NCBI GenBank assembly: GCA_009844425.1 | Contig: VYBN01000034.1 | Span: 55,301 to 119,300 of the forward strand | Direction of reading: 5' to 3' | DNA: 64,000 nt | Origin: Gammaproteobacteria bacterium | GTDB taxonomy: Bacteria > Pseudomonadota > Gammaproteobacteria > Steroidobacterales > Foliamicaceae | In this document: positions 1 through 10,084 of the stretch, piece after piece | How the letters are laid out: every line of letters starts with the position of its first letter | Numbering within the stretch: the first letter of the stretch is position 1 | Translations under genes and position numbers: made by a program | Notes under the pieces: model-generated | Told to the model about the DNA's origin: nothing | Databases searched by the model: none | Seen by the model: only the letters and a program-made list of their open reading frames with translations

Positions 1-32
1 TACATCAACCCGGATTGACTTTGAGGCAGGCC

Positions 33-61
33 TTGATGTGTGTACCGTAACGCGGTACACT
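33..61 (+). promoter_or_regulatory. sigma70-type promoter of higBA with an overlapping palindromic operator
   Basis: TTGATG (33-38), 17 bp spacer, TACACT (56-61). The inverted repeat GTGTACCG-N5-CGGTACAC (40-60) covers the spacer and -10 box, as expected for antitoxin autorepression. Confidence 0.7.
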
Positions 62-345
62 CAATTGCGATTCGGCGATTCAAGAACCGTGGACTCAAGC
101 GGCTTTACGAGAGAGGAGATACCAGCAAAGTGCGCACAGACAACGCTCGGCGAATTGCACTCGCCCTGGCAGATTTGGATAGCGCCAACAAACCCGCGGA
201 CCTCGACCTGCCGGGCTACCGGCTGCACCGACTGAGGGGCAGCTTGAAGGACTATTGGAGTATTGCAATCTCCAGGAATTGGCGAATCACGTTCCGAGTC
301 GAACAAGGCGATGTTTACGACGTTGACTTGGTCGATTACCACTAA
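40..345 (+). CDS. higB: HigB-like (RelE/ParE superfamily) toxin; true start probably near 64-70
   Basis: IRRFKNRGLKRLYE...LPGYRLHRLRG...WSIAISRNWRITF...VDLVDYH; toxin-first order with higA. Confidence 0.88.
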   Translation: MYRNAVHSIAIRRFKNRGLKRLYERGDTSKVRTDNARRIALALADLDSANKPADLDLPGYRLHRLRGSLKDYWSIAISRNWRITFRVEQGDVYDVDLVDYH

Positions 346-360
346 GAAAAGGCAAGAACG

Positions 361-657
361 ATGACCATGAAGAATCCACCCCACCCTGGCCTCAGCATCA
401 AGGAGAATTGCCTTGAACCGTTGGGCGTGAATGTAAGCGAAGCCGCAAGGATACTGGGAGTGGCGCGCCATACCCTCTCGCGCGTGCTTCACGGTCACGC
501 CGCCATCTCGCCGGAAATGGCCGTGCGCCTGGAAAAGGCAGGTTGGTCAAACGCCGAGTTCTGGCTGCGGCATCAGACGAACTATGACCTCGCGCAAGTG
601 CGGCGCACTGAAGATGAACTCAAGGTGGAACCCTTTCAGCCCCAACTCACTGCCTGA
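361..657 (+). CDS. higA: HigA family HTH antitoxin
   Basis: [11 protein letters not shown] ([21 protein letters not shown]), [20 protein letters not shown]. Confidence 0.9.
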   Translation: MTMKNPPHPGLSIKENCLEPLGVNVSEAARILGVARHTLSRVLHGHAAISPEMAVRLEKAGWSNAEFWLRHQTNYDLAQVRRTEDELKVEPFQPQLTA

Positions 658-662
658 CTCCG

Positions 663-776
663 TTTGGAAGCGCAGGGGCACTATGCTGTTTCCGCCTCCT
701 CCAACTGGCCTTTGATCTGGCCCGGTCGCGCCATCTGCAACAGGAGATCAACATCGAACGCATCGTTGCTGCTTAG
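663..776 (+). pseudogene. 3' remnant of a second HigA-like antitoxin
   Basis: Manual translation FGSAGALCCFRLLQLAFDLARSRHLQQEINIERIVAA* parallels the HigA C-terminus (compare [26 protein letters not shown] upstream). No start codon or HTH. Confidence 0.6.
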
Positions 777-897
777 ACAGCGATAGATTGGCAAACTGCG
801 CCAATTGACCTGGTCACGCACAGGTTCTTCCGATGATTGTTTCCCTTGATCCGACTGGAGTTCTAGCGGGAGCACGGTGACCGTAAAATTGCGCTGG

Positions 898-2451
898 ATG
901 AAAGGGGGGCTGCCGACTTATCCGATTGTTGATCTGTTTGCCGGGCCTGGCGGGCTTGGCGAAGGGTTTGCCGGCGTCGGCGAAAAAGAAGGGAGACCCA
1001 AGTTTCGCAGCGTCGCTTCGATAGAGAACAATCAATTCGCCTACAAGACGTTGCTTCTCAGGCATTTTTTCCGCGCATTCCCACCCGGCGAAGCTCCCGA
1101 CACTTATTACGATTACCTTGGAGGGGACATTGATGCGGAGGAACTGTTTAGTGCCCATCCAGAGCAGCTAAGCGCAGCTCAAGAGAGCGCATTGGAGATT
1201 TCTCTTGGCGAAGAAAGCCATGAGAAAGTGCGAAAGATCATCACTGATCGGCTCTCCGGAAAAAGAAAATGGGTGCTCGTGGGCGGTCCGCCATGCCAAG
1301 CTTATTCGATGGCTGGGCGGTCCCGCAGGACAGGCGACCCGGACTTCAGTGAGGACAAAAAGCACCTCCTCTATGAGGAATACCTGAAGATCATTATTGA
1401 TCACCGGCCACCCGTATTTGTAATGGAGAACGTCAAGGGACTGCTGTCAGCGAAGATCAACGATGAACCCACAATTGACCGAATAGTTGGTGACCTAAAG
1501 GATCCATTGAATGCGCTGGAAAAAAGTGCAAACAGCCTGCACTATCAACTTTTCTCGCTCTCAGAGGATCAGATTCCTGATCGAGATGTGCCGCCGCGGC
1601 ATTACGTTGTGCGGGCTGAGCGTTATGGCATCCCTCAAGCCAGACATCGCATGTTCATTGTCGGCGTCCGAAGTGATGTAAATGTAAAACCCACTACGCT
1701 TCGCGAACATAAGCCACCGTCGGTTTCGGAAACGATCAGAGACCTGCCAAGGATTCGAAGCGGCGTTTCCCGAACCAGAGATAGCTACCAGAAATGGCTG
1801 GAGGAAATAGATCGCCTAGCGGATATGGACCGTAAGAACCAACTCAGCGATGCCACGCAGGGATCTGAAGTAAGCAAGGCAATACGGTCCCACTTGAAAG
1901 CAGGAAAATTTCCGAAAGAACGATCATCTTCCAAGCATCCCCGAAAGCAGGTTTCTGATCATGACACTTTGCGAAGTATGTTTGATCGGAGGCTAAGTGT
2001 GCTGAACGGACATGAGGCCAGATCACACATGCCCTCAGATCTTCGGCGCTATATGTTTGCAGCTACCTTCGCCGAACAGACAAGCCGAAGTCCCAAACTT
2101 CCAGATTTTCCAGTCCGATTGTGGCCGAACCACAAGAACGTTAACAGGGCTATGCTCGGCGCAACATTTGCCGACCGATTCCGCGTGCAGCTTCGGAACA
2201 ATGTCTCAAAAACAGTTACTTCCCACATCTCAAAGGATGGTCACTATTACATCCATTACGACCCTACCCAATGCAGAAGCCTGACGGTGCGCGAGGCCGC
2301 CCGGCTTCAGACTTTTCCGGATAATTTCAAATTCGAAGGACCGAGAACGGAGCAGTACCATCAGGTTGGAAACGCGGTACCGCCTTACCTGGCGAAGCAG
2401 ATAGGTGAAGTCATCGCCGATGTGCTCGATTCAATGAACGGGAAAGCATGA
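898..2451 (+). CDS. dcm: DNA (cytosine-5) methyltransferase
   Basis: Motif I DLFAGPGG, IV GGPPCQ, VI ENVKG, VIII QARHR, IX REAARLQTFPD, X GNAVPP. Start is ATG 898 or GTG 877. Confidence 0.95.
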   Translation: MKGGLPTYPIVDLFAGPGGLGEGFAGVGEKEGRPKFRSVASIENNQFAYKTLLLRHFFRAFPPGEAPDTYYDYLGGDIDAEELFSAHPEQLSAAQESALEISLGEESHEKVRKIITDRLSGKRKWVLVGGPPCQAYSMAGRSRRTGDPDFSEDKKHLLYEEYLKIIIDHRPPVFVMENVKGLLSAKINDEPTIDRIVGDLKDPLNALEKSANSLHYQLFSLSEDQIPDRDVPPRHYVVRAERYGIPQARHRMFIVGVRSDVNVKPTTLREHKPPSVSETIRDLPRIRSGVSRTRDSYQKWLEEIDRLADMDRKNQLSDATQGSEVSKAIRSHLKAGKFPKERSSSKHPRKQVSDHDTLRSMFDRRLSVLNGHEARSHMPSDLRRYMFAATFAEQTSRSPKLPDFPVRLWPNHKNVNRAMLGATFADRFRVQLRNNVSKTVTSHISKDGHYYIHYDPTQCRSLTVREAARLQTFPDNFKFEGPRTEQYHQVGNAVPPYLAKQIGEVIADVLDSMNGKA

Positions 2452-2879
2452 TGGCGGACAGAATTTCATCGGAACGGCGAAGCTGGAATATGTCTCGAAT
2501 TCGCGGGAAGGACACCAAGCCGGAGGTGCTACTACGCTCTCTGCTGCATCGGGCCGGTTTCCGATTCCGGCTTCACAATCCGAATCTCCCCGGACGTCCG
2601 GATATTGTGCTGGCCAAGTATCATGCTGCGGTGTTCGTTCACGGCTGTTACTGGCACCGCCATGAGGGATGTGCTTTGGCAGCCACGCCAAAAACGCGAA
2701 CTCGTTTCTGGCAGGCCAAGTTTGACGAAACCGTGCGGCGTGACCAGCGCAAATCCGATGAGCTAACGCAACTGGGCTGGCGTGTTATGACTGTGTGGGA
2801 ATGTGAGCTTGAAAAGAATCCTGAAGAAGTGCTTCAGGCTATAAGAAAACAGTTCATGGAGGGGAGTAATGGCTCGTGA
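2448..2879 (+). CDS. vsr: very short patch repair endonuclease
   Basis: RSWNMSRIRGKDTKPE, LPGRPDIV, FVHGCYWHRH, VWECE; overlaps the dcm stop. Confidence 0.95.
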   Translation: MMADRISSERRSWNMSRIRGKDTKPEVLLRSLLHRAGFRFRLHNPNLPGRPDIVLAKYHAAVFVHGCYWHRHEGCALAATPKTRTRFWQAKFDETVRRDQRKSDELTQLGWRVMTVWECELEKNPEEVLQAIRKQFMEGSNGS

Positions 2880-4347
2880 ATGCAGCTTACCTCCCAGCGC
2901 ACGGTCGTTGTCCGAGTCGTTACGTGATCTCGGATACTCGCTCGAAACTGCCATCGCCGATCTGATCGATAACAGTATCTCGGCTCGCGCCAACTTTATT
3001 GAAATCCTGTGTGACCTGAGTCAGAGCGACCCAGCGCTTGCCATCATCGATAACGGCAGAGGAATGACAGCAGATGAGCTTTTCGCTGCAATGCGGCACG
3101 GCTCGACCAGTCCCAAACAACCAAGAGCGCAAGGCGATCTGGGAAGGTTCGGGCTTGGTCTGAAAACCGCCTCCTTCTCACAGTGCAGGCGGCTGACCGT
3201 AATCAGTGCGCAGAAAGGAATTCGGTCAGGAGCGGAATGGAATCTTGATCTGATTGACAGAAGAGACGATTGGATTGTCACTATTCTTGAGGACGACGAA
3301 ATTGCCGAACTGCCATTCTCGGATCGAATTGGGGATAGCGGAACGGTCGTAATCTGGAGAACGATGGATCGTCTCTTCGAGGACGAGTCCGGCAGGAAGC
3401 GCGATGAGATCGTCAACGAAAAACTGGACGTGGTGGATAGACACCTTTCCCTGGTGTTCCACCGATTCCTGGCCGGCCAGGTCAGGGGACGGAAGAAACT
3501 GTCAATCTCGATCAATGGCCATGAGCTTGAACCATTCGATCCGTTCTGCCTCAAAAACAGTGCCACGCAGATTCTGCCGGAGGAAACTGTGCGGATTAGC
3601 AGCACGCCGGTGCATATGCAACCGTACATCCTGCCTCACCACAACAGGCTCACCGCGAAGGAATACGACTACTACCAGGATCGGAGCGATTTCATATCAA
3701 ATCAAGGTGCCTATATCTACCGCAACAGCAGACTAATGGCATGGGGAGACTGGTTCCGCCTGATTCCTAAAGGCGAAGCAACAAAACTGGCGCGCGTTCA
3801 AATTGACTTTCCCACCAGCCTTGATGAATCCTGGACGATCGATATCAGGAAATCACGCGCGAAGCCTCCCCGTGCGGTACGAGAGCGGTTACGCCAGATC
3901 ATTACCCGCATTGCAGGACGAAGCACGACGGTTCATCGAGGGCGAGGCAGGAAACTTTTCGACGAAACAAAGGCGCCGCTATGGGAGCGGTACGCGGATC
4001 AGGGCCGAATCCGCTATGAACTGAACAGCACGCATCCCATTGTTGTAGCCCTGCGGAACGAGCTGGAGGATGATTCCGACCCAAAACTTGGTCTGCTTCT
4101 GGAGACGGTTTCAGCCGCGCTGCCCGTCGAGATGATTTATTCCGATTACTCGACTCACCCCAGACAGGTAAAGCAATCGGTAATGAGCAACAATGCGGTC
4201 ATTGATAAGCTGGCTGCGCTTAAGAATTTGCTTTTTCATGGCAATAACTGTACTGCGGAGGAGTTCAGGGAGGTCATGCGGTCAACAAGGCTTTTCGACG
4301 ATCATCTGGAGAGCGCCGAGGAATTCATACGCGAGGAGTGGAAATGA
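2869..4347 (+). CDS. GHKL (MORC/MutL-like) ATPase
   Basis: AIADLIDNSISA, IIDNGRGM, LGRFGLGLKTAS, GTVVIW Bergerat-fold motifs. Confidence 0.9.
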   Translation: MARECSLPPSARSLSESLRDLGYSLETAIADLIDNSISARANFIEILCDLSQSDPALAIIDNGRGMTADELFAAMRHGSTSPKQPRAQGDLGRFGLGLKTASFSQCRRLTVISAQKGIRSGAEWNLDLIDRRDDWIVTILEDDEIAELPFSDRIGDSGTVVIWRTMDRLFEDESGRKRDEIVNEKLDVVDRHLSLVFHRFLAGQVRGRKKLSISINGHELEPFDPFCLKNSATQILPEETVRISSTPVHMQPYILPHHNRLTAKEYDYYQDRSDFISNQGAYIYRNSRLMAWGDWFRLIPKGEATKLARVQIDFPTSLDESWTIDIRKSRAKPPRAVRERLRQIITRIAGRSTTVHRGRGRKLFDETKAPLWERYADQGRIRYELNSTHPIVVALRNELEDDSDPKLGLLLETVSAALPVEMIYSDYSTHPRQVKQSVMSNNAVIDKLAALKNLLFHGNNCTAEEFREVMRSTRLFDDHLESAEEFIREEWK

Positions 4348-6998
4348 CCCTGAACCGTGTTGAAGCCGAGAAGAATATTACAAGTTCTCTGGTAACAGCT
4401 CTTTCATTGCTGCCGGATACTCCAACAGAGACGGTTGTCAGGGATAAGGCAATTCAGCTTGCCGAAACTTTTGGATATGAAGGCGACCTTGACCCCGTTG
4501 TCGATAAAGTGATGATCCAAGTTGATACCCGCATGGGAGCGGGAGTCTCTCTCATCGATGTGGAGGCCGAGCATGATGACGATTGGGCCCGGAAACGAGA
4601 GGACATCACTTGGATTTATTCAGATTCCTACGAAACTCTTCTTAAGCATACTGGCTGGAGCCCAAGCGTTGTTCAGTCCTTGAGCGATGTCAGCGCAAGA
4701 ATCCTTGGCCATCTTCAGGACCCCCATAGCGAAGGAGCGTGGGACAGGCGAGGATTGGTGATCGGCCATGTGCAATCAGGGAAAACAGCCAACTACATCG
4801 GGCTTATTGCCAAGGCCGCCGATGCAGGCTACAAGTTCATCATAGTAATCGCAGGTGTCCACAACAATCTCCGCCGACAAACCCAAGAACGCATCGACGA
4901 AGGCTTTGTAGGCCGATCCAGCGATCCCCGTAATCGCGTGCGCGTAGGCGTCGGACTTGAACCTGACTACCCCTACCCCGCGACGCTCACCAATATTCAT
5001 GCAGATTTCAAAAAGCAGACTGCCGAACACAGCGGATGGCGACTCAACGATTTCAGCAAGCCGATCATTCTTGTTATCAAGAAGAATGTACTCACTTTGA
5101 AAGCACTGCACGAGTGGCTCAAGGAAATGAACGCTCAAGGTGACGGCAGAATCTCAGATGTCCCCATGCTTATGATCGACGATGAGGCGGATCACGCGTC
5201 GGTCAATACAAACAAGCCGGACATTGATCCGACGAAAACCAACGCCATGATCCGGCGAATACTCCAACTTTTCGCGAAATCCAGTTATATCGGCTACACC
5301 GCAACACCGTTCGCGAACATTTTCATTAACCCGGAAGCGTACGACGATGAGGTGCGAGAAGAGTTATTCCCCCGCGACTTCATCTACTGCCTTGACGCAC
5401 CCAACACTTACTTTGGGCCTGAGCAGATTTTCCTAGATGACGAGTACAGCGGGGAATTTCTTCACCCAATAGACGACTGCGAAGACTATCTGCCATTCAC
5501 ACATAAGAAGGACCACGATCTTCAGGAACTGCCCCCAAGTCTGTACGAGGCGGTTAACAGATTCATCATTGCTCGCGCAATCCGGGAACTTCGCGGCCAA
5601 GGCAATCAGCATTGTTCGATGATGGTTAATGTATCGCGGTTCGTGAATGTCCAGAACCTAGTGAGGAATCTTCTCAGCCTTTACGAAAAGAAACTCAAGA
5701 ACGCCGTAAAGGCATGTTACGCCATGCCTGAAGAGGTGTCCCGGAAAAACGCATACATGCAGGATTTGAAAAAGGCGTTTATGGAAGATTATGCGGATCG
5801 CTGCGGATTTGGATGGACGAAAGTGAGGCAAGCTCTACACAAAGCCTGCGACAGCCTGCGTCTGTTCGTAGTGAACAGCAAGTCAGACGAGATTCTCGAT
5901 TACAGAAAATACGAACGCGATGGCGAGGGTCTTACTGCAATCGCGGTGGGCGGCCTTAGCCTTTCCCGTGGCCTGACTATTGAAGGGCTATGCACTAGTT
6001 ACATGTACCGCAATACGCGGATGTACGACACGCTAATGCAAATGGGCCGATGGTTCGGTTACCGGCCAAACTACGAGGATCTCTGCCGGGTGCATCTTTC
6101 GCCCGATTCCATAGACTGGTACGCACACATCGCAGAGGCATCGGAAGAGCTGCGCCAGCAAATCAGGAGAATGCGAAGGGACGGGTTGAGTCCGCGCCAA
6201 TTCGGTCTCTATGTCAAAGCGCATCCGGACAGGCTGCTTATCACCGCGGCAAACAAGATGCGTTCTGGAGAAAGACTCACGGTCCGACAAAACCTAAGTG
6301 GAAGACTGCGCGAGAGTTACATTCTGCCGAAAAATGATCAGATAAACAGCGCCAACGAAAAATTGATCGGCGAATTCTGGCGCATGGGGTTCGGTGGAAT
6401 TGTCCAACCCAACAAAAAAGGGTGGGAAGTTCTCGATGTTCCTATTGAGATCATTGAGGACTTCCTGAATCGGTTCCGCACCCACTTGGATTTTGCTGAA
6501 CAGAAAGCAGCTGTCGTCGCTTATCTGCAGAAGATCGCGGAGAAACACCCCACAGGCGATGTGCTTCTCATATCCATTAAGGGAAAGGAAGAAAATGAGG
6601 CACGTTTCCTCCTTGGATTGCAGGAGCGCAGGAGCGCTATACCGAAGGGCGATGCTTGGAGGGTAAGCAAGGATCGGGTTGCCAGCCGTGGCGACGAGAA
6701 GCTCGGCCTGACAAAAATACAGCAGGATCAAGCGCAAGCGGCAGCGCGTGCAAAAGGACTCGACCGACCATCTGATTACGATTATCGTGAAGTTCGTCGG
6801 AAGCCCCTGCTGATGGTTCATGTGCTTGGGCCGGTTGGATCGAGAGATCCTTCACACCGTGTTCCGGCCTTTGGCGTCAGCTTCCCACCCGGAGATTACG
6901 AAACTGAGGTGGAAGTGGTCGCAAATACGGTCTGGATTGAGCGAATGCACAGCCACGCCGTTGATAGTCCCGACGACGAAGAAGACTATGACACCTAA
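4344..6998 (+). CDS. Z1-domain protein with SF2 helicase-like N-terminus
   Basis: GHVQSGKT (Walker A), IDDEAD (Walker B), YTATPFAN, SRGLTIEGL, QMGRWFGYR; ATGA overlap with the upstream gene. Confidence 0.9.
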   Translation: MTLNRVEAEKNITSSLVTALSLLPDTPTETVVRDKAIQLAETFGYEGDLDPVVDKVMIQVDTRMGAGVSLIDVEAEHDDDWARKREDITWIYSDSYETLLKHTGWSPSVVQSLSDVSARILGHLQDPHSEGAWDRRGLVIGHVQSGKTANYIGLIAKAADAGYKFIIVIAGVHNNLRRQTQERIDEGFVGRSSDPRNRVRVGVGLEPDYPYPATLTNIHADFKKQTAEHSGWRLNDFSKPIILVIKKNVLTLKALHEWLKEMNAQGDGRISDVPMLMIDDEADHASVNTNKPDIDPTKTNAMIRRILQLFAKSSYIGYTATPFANIFINPEAYDDEVREELFPRDFIYCLDAPNTYFGPEQIFLDDEYSGEFLHPIDDCEDYLPFTHKKDHDLQELPPSLYEAVNRFIIARAIRELRGQGNQHCSMMVNVSRFVNVQNLVRNLLSLYEKKLKNAVKACYAMPEEVSRKNAYMQDLKKAFMEDYADRCGFGWTKVRQALHKACDSLRLFVVNSKSDEILDYRKYERDGEGLTAIAVGGLSLSRGLTIEGLCTSYMYRNTRMYDTLMQMGRWFGYRPNYEDLCRVHLSPDSIDWYAHIAEASEELRQQIRRMRRDGLSPRQFGLYVKAHPDRLLITAANKMRSGERLTVRQNLSGRLRESYILPKNDQINSANEKLIGEFWRMGFGGIVQPNKKGWEVLDVPIEIIEDFLNRFRTHLDFAEQKAAVVAYLQKIAEKHPTGDVLLISIKGKEENEARFLLGLQERRSAIPKGDAWRVSKDRVASRGDEKLGLTKIQQDQAQAAARAKGLDRPSDYDYREVRRKPLLMVHVLGPVGSRDPSHRVPAFGVSFPPGDYETEVEVVANTVWIERMHSHAVDSPDDEEDYDT

Positions 6999-7962
6999 AT
7001 CAACTCCTTGGGACGACATCGGAACACCGGGCGCGGACTACAACGTTCGTCTGATCGCAAACTCAAAACAGATTCCCCTCTATTGGGGCCGGGACTCCGA
7101 AGGACATTGCCTGTTCATTGTGGAACTCAAGGGAGACCACTCCGCTCAGTTCACAAGAAGCAGAGCCAGCGTTCGCGGAATAAGGGTCGATCTTCGCTCC
7201 CTCGGCTCGACAGAAACTCAAGGACTTGTTCTCAAGCTGGAGCAACATGTGGACAAGGATCTGTTTCTGGGCCTGTGCAACACCCTGTCGGCAAGCCTTC
7301 GCGAAGTGCCGGATTCCGCTGGCGCTCTGTCAGTGACCCTGACTCACCTCGGGCGCTGGAGGACTTTTCTCGCCAGCCGGCGACTCCGTCTGCTTTCTCG
7401 TGAGGAAATTTACGGACTGTTTGCGGAACTGCAGTTTCTGCGGCTGCTCTATGAAGAGCATCTTTCAGAAGAAGCAACCTTGGATGCCTGGTGCGGACCT
7501 GATGGTGCCCACCAGGATTTCATATTCGGCAATACAGCTGTCGAAATCAAGGCGCTATCCGGGAAGGAGCGCAGTATGGTGCGGATCTCCTCAGAGGATC
7601 AGCTTGAGGCACTTTGCGACAAACTTTTTCTGAGAGTCTTCCGTCTGAATGCTATTTCGGAGTCGGATCATGCTCTCTCACTGAATGAGGCTGTACGGCA
7701 GGTCGCAGGAGAGCTGTCAGCCGCATCGGCTCTTGAAAAGTTCTTTACTCAGTTGGCCGCATATGGCTATGTGGAATTACGCGAATATGATGAACCCCGG
7801 CTCGTTGTCACAGGACAGAGAACTTACCGGGTCACCGAAGAATTTCCGCGCATCGTCCGCTCACAATTGCCTGACGGTCTGACGCGTGTGGGATATGCAA
7901 TTGAGCTGGAGTCAATCGCAGAGTTTGAATGCGAAACGGCTGAAGTATGGAGGGATGCCTGA
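6988..7962 (+). CDS. PD-(D/E)XK motif protein (DUF4420-like)
   Basis: GLFAELQFL, WCGPDGAHQDF...VEIK, ISSEDQL; position between the Z1 and AIPR genes. Confidence 0.85.
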   Translation: MTPKSTPWDDIGTPGADYNVRLIANSKQIPLYWGRDSEGHCLFIVELKGDHSAQFTRSRASVRGIRVDLRSLGSTETQGLVLKLEQHVDKDLFLGLCNTLSASLREVPDSAGALSVTLTHLGRWRTFLASRRLRLLSREEIYGLFAELQFLRLLYEEHLSEEATLDAWCGPDGAHQDFIFGNTAVEIKALSGKERSMVRISSEDQLEALCDKLFLRVFRLNAISESDHALSLNEAVRQVAGELSAASALEKFFTQLAAYGYVELREYDEPRLVVTGQRTYRVTEEFPRIVRSQLPDGLTRVGYAIELESIAEFECETAEVWRDA

Positions 7963-10036
7963 ATTGGAAATCACTACGCAGGAGTTTTTCCACGATCTGA
8001 AACAGGACCTGATGGCCGGTGCGGAAGCAAACAGTGCTTTTCAGTTGGCTGAATTCATGAATGTTGTGGCCAACGAACTGACGGAAACAGGATTTATTGA
8101 AGGTTTTGAATTCTGCCATTACCGCGCTCAGCGTGGAGTGCGCGTTGATGGATACTGGTTTACCGACGACGGCAACCTGGATTTGTTCATTGCCGATTTT
8201 GACAGCCGCACCGAATTAGCCACGCTGACTCAAACCAATGTCCTGACTATTTTCAAACGTCTGGCGAATTTTCTGGAAGCCAGCAAGGAAAAAGAGCTTC
8301 ATCGAGGCCTTGAAGAGACATCACCTGAGTACGGACTTGCCCGCGATATTGCGGACCGGAACAGTCAGATCCGGCAGGCTCGCTTTTTGCTTTTTTCAGA
8401 ACGAACACTCAGCGAGCGGCTGCAGGCTCTGGAAGACGATTCGGTTGCGGGTGTCCCGATAAGCTATCACGTCTGGGACGTGTCCCGGCTCCACCGCCAG
8501 CAGTCTTCCAGGGGGCACAAGGAAGCACTTGATCTCGACCTGGTGGACATGTTCGGAGATGGAGTTTCCTGTCTGCGCGCTCACTTTGGCAGAGATGCGT
8601 ACCCGTCCTATCTGATCGTAATACCGGGAGAAATACTCTCGCGGCTTTACGACAAGTACGGGTCGCGATTGCTTGAGCAAAACGTGCGCACCTTCCTTCA
8701 GGCGCGCGGCAAGGTCAACAAGGGCATCCGCACCACTATCCTTGCAGAACCCGGCATGTTCTTCGCCTACAACAACGGAATTACGGCTACGGCACAGGAG
8801 GTGGAGACCCGAACAACAGATTCGGGACTGCAGATCACTCGTATCCTGGACCTTCAGATCGTGAATGGTGGCCAGACTACCGCTTCCCTTTTCCACACTG
8901 CACGAAGGGACAACGCGTCGCTCGAGCAGGTTTTCGTGCAGATGAAGCTCTCTGTCGTCGACAGCGAAGACAGCGAACAGGTTGTTCCCCGCATTTCGGA
9001 ATATGCCAACACCCAAAACAGGGTGAACGCCGCTGACTTTTTCTCGAATCATCCGTTTCACAGGAGAATGGAAGAATTTTCAAGGCGAATCTGGGCACCC
9101 GCGCAACAAGGCGCGCAACGTGAAACGAAATGGTTCTACGAAAGAGCGCGGGGACAGTACGCTGATGCTCAATCCAAGCTTACACGGGCTGGACGGCGGC
9201 GATTCAAGGCGGAGTATCCGCGGCTACAGATGTTCACCAAAACCGACCTCGCCAAGTTCGAGAACGTCTGGGAAGATCACCCGAAGTGGGTGAATCTGGG
9301 CGCACAGAAGAACTTTGCTCGCTTTGCGAACCGTATAGGAAAGGAATGGGTCAAGTCGCGGGAGAGTTTCAACGAACTCTATTTTCGTCGCGCCATCGCG
9401 CGGGGCATCATGTTTCGGCGAACCGAGAGGCTCGTTTCCAGTCAGTCCTGGTACAACGGTGGCTACCGAGCCAATATTGTCGCCTACGCAATAGCCGCGA
9501 TCAGCGAAATCTGCAAACAGCGCAACCAGGAGGTGGATTTCATGAGTATCTGGAACACGCAGATGCTAAATCCATCCTTGATTGACGCTCTCACGGCTTC
9601 CTCCCTGTTCGCAAATGAATATATCACGCAACCACCACCGGGAGTTGCGAACATTACGGAGTGGTGCAAGAAGGATGCGTGCTGGCAGAGGATTCAGGCG
9701 CAGGTCAAGCAATTGGAATCGAAGCTTACACAGGCTTTTTGGGACGACCTCGTTTCGCTTGAGGAGCACAAGGAGGAAGCGCGGAACGCAAAGAAAACAC
9801 AGAAAATCGATGACGGAATCGCCCTGCAGCAACAGGTGTTCGACGTTCCCGTCAAGGATTGGACGCTCATCCTGGAGCAGGGAATGAAAAAGAAAATCCT
9901 CACGCCAAAGGAGGTGGGAATCCTCCGAATCGCACAGCAGATACCGGCCAGGATTCCGTCAGAAAAGCAGAGTGCCGTGCTCATTGAGGTGCTCGAAAAG
10001 GCGAGAGCGGAAGGGATATCAATCGCTAATGCTTGA
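7955..10036 (+). CDS. AIPR family protein
   Basis: LLEQNVRTFL, FFAYNNGIT, QIVNGGQT, ISEYANTQN, WFYERARGQY. Confidence 0.9.
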   Translation: MPELEITTQEFFHDLKQDLMAGAEANSAFQLAEFMNVVANELTETGFIEGFEFCHYRAQRGVRVDGYWFTDDGNLDLFIADFDSRTELATLTQTNVLTIFKRLANFLEASKEKELHRGLEETSPEYGLARDIADRNSQIRQARFLLFSERTLSERLQALEDDSVAGVPISYHVWDVSRLHRQQSSRGHKEALDLDLVDMFGDGVSCLRAHFGRDAYPSYLIVIPGEILSRLYDKYGSRLLEQNVRTFLQARGKVNKGIRTTILAEPGMFFAYNNGITATAQEVETRTTDSGLQITRILDLQIVNGGQTTASLFHTARRDNASLEQVFVQMKLSVVDSEDSEQVVPRISEYANTQNRVNAADFFSNHPFHRRMEEFSRRIWAPAQQGAQRETKWFYERARGQYADAQSKLTRAGRRRFKAEYPRLQMFTKTDLAKFENVWEDHPKWVNLGAQKNFARFANRIGKEWVKSRESFNELYFRRAIARGIMFRRTERLVSSQSWYNGGYRANIVAYAIAAISEICKQRNQEVDFMSIWNTQMLNPSLIDALTASSLFANEYITQPPPGVANITEWCKKDACWQRIQAQVKQLESKLTQAFWDDLVSLEEHKEEARNAKKTQKIDDGIALQQQVFDVPVKDWTLILEQGMKKKILTPKEVGILRIAQQIPARIPSEKQSAVLIEVLEKARAEGISIANA

Positions 10037-10084
10037 CTTGTGCTGGCAGTCATGGCGAATAGGGGTGAGACAATGGGGGCCACC

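Noticed and set aside
681-875. 64-aa minus-strand ORF
   Set aside because: Better explained as the antisense of the higA remnant.
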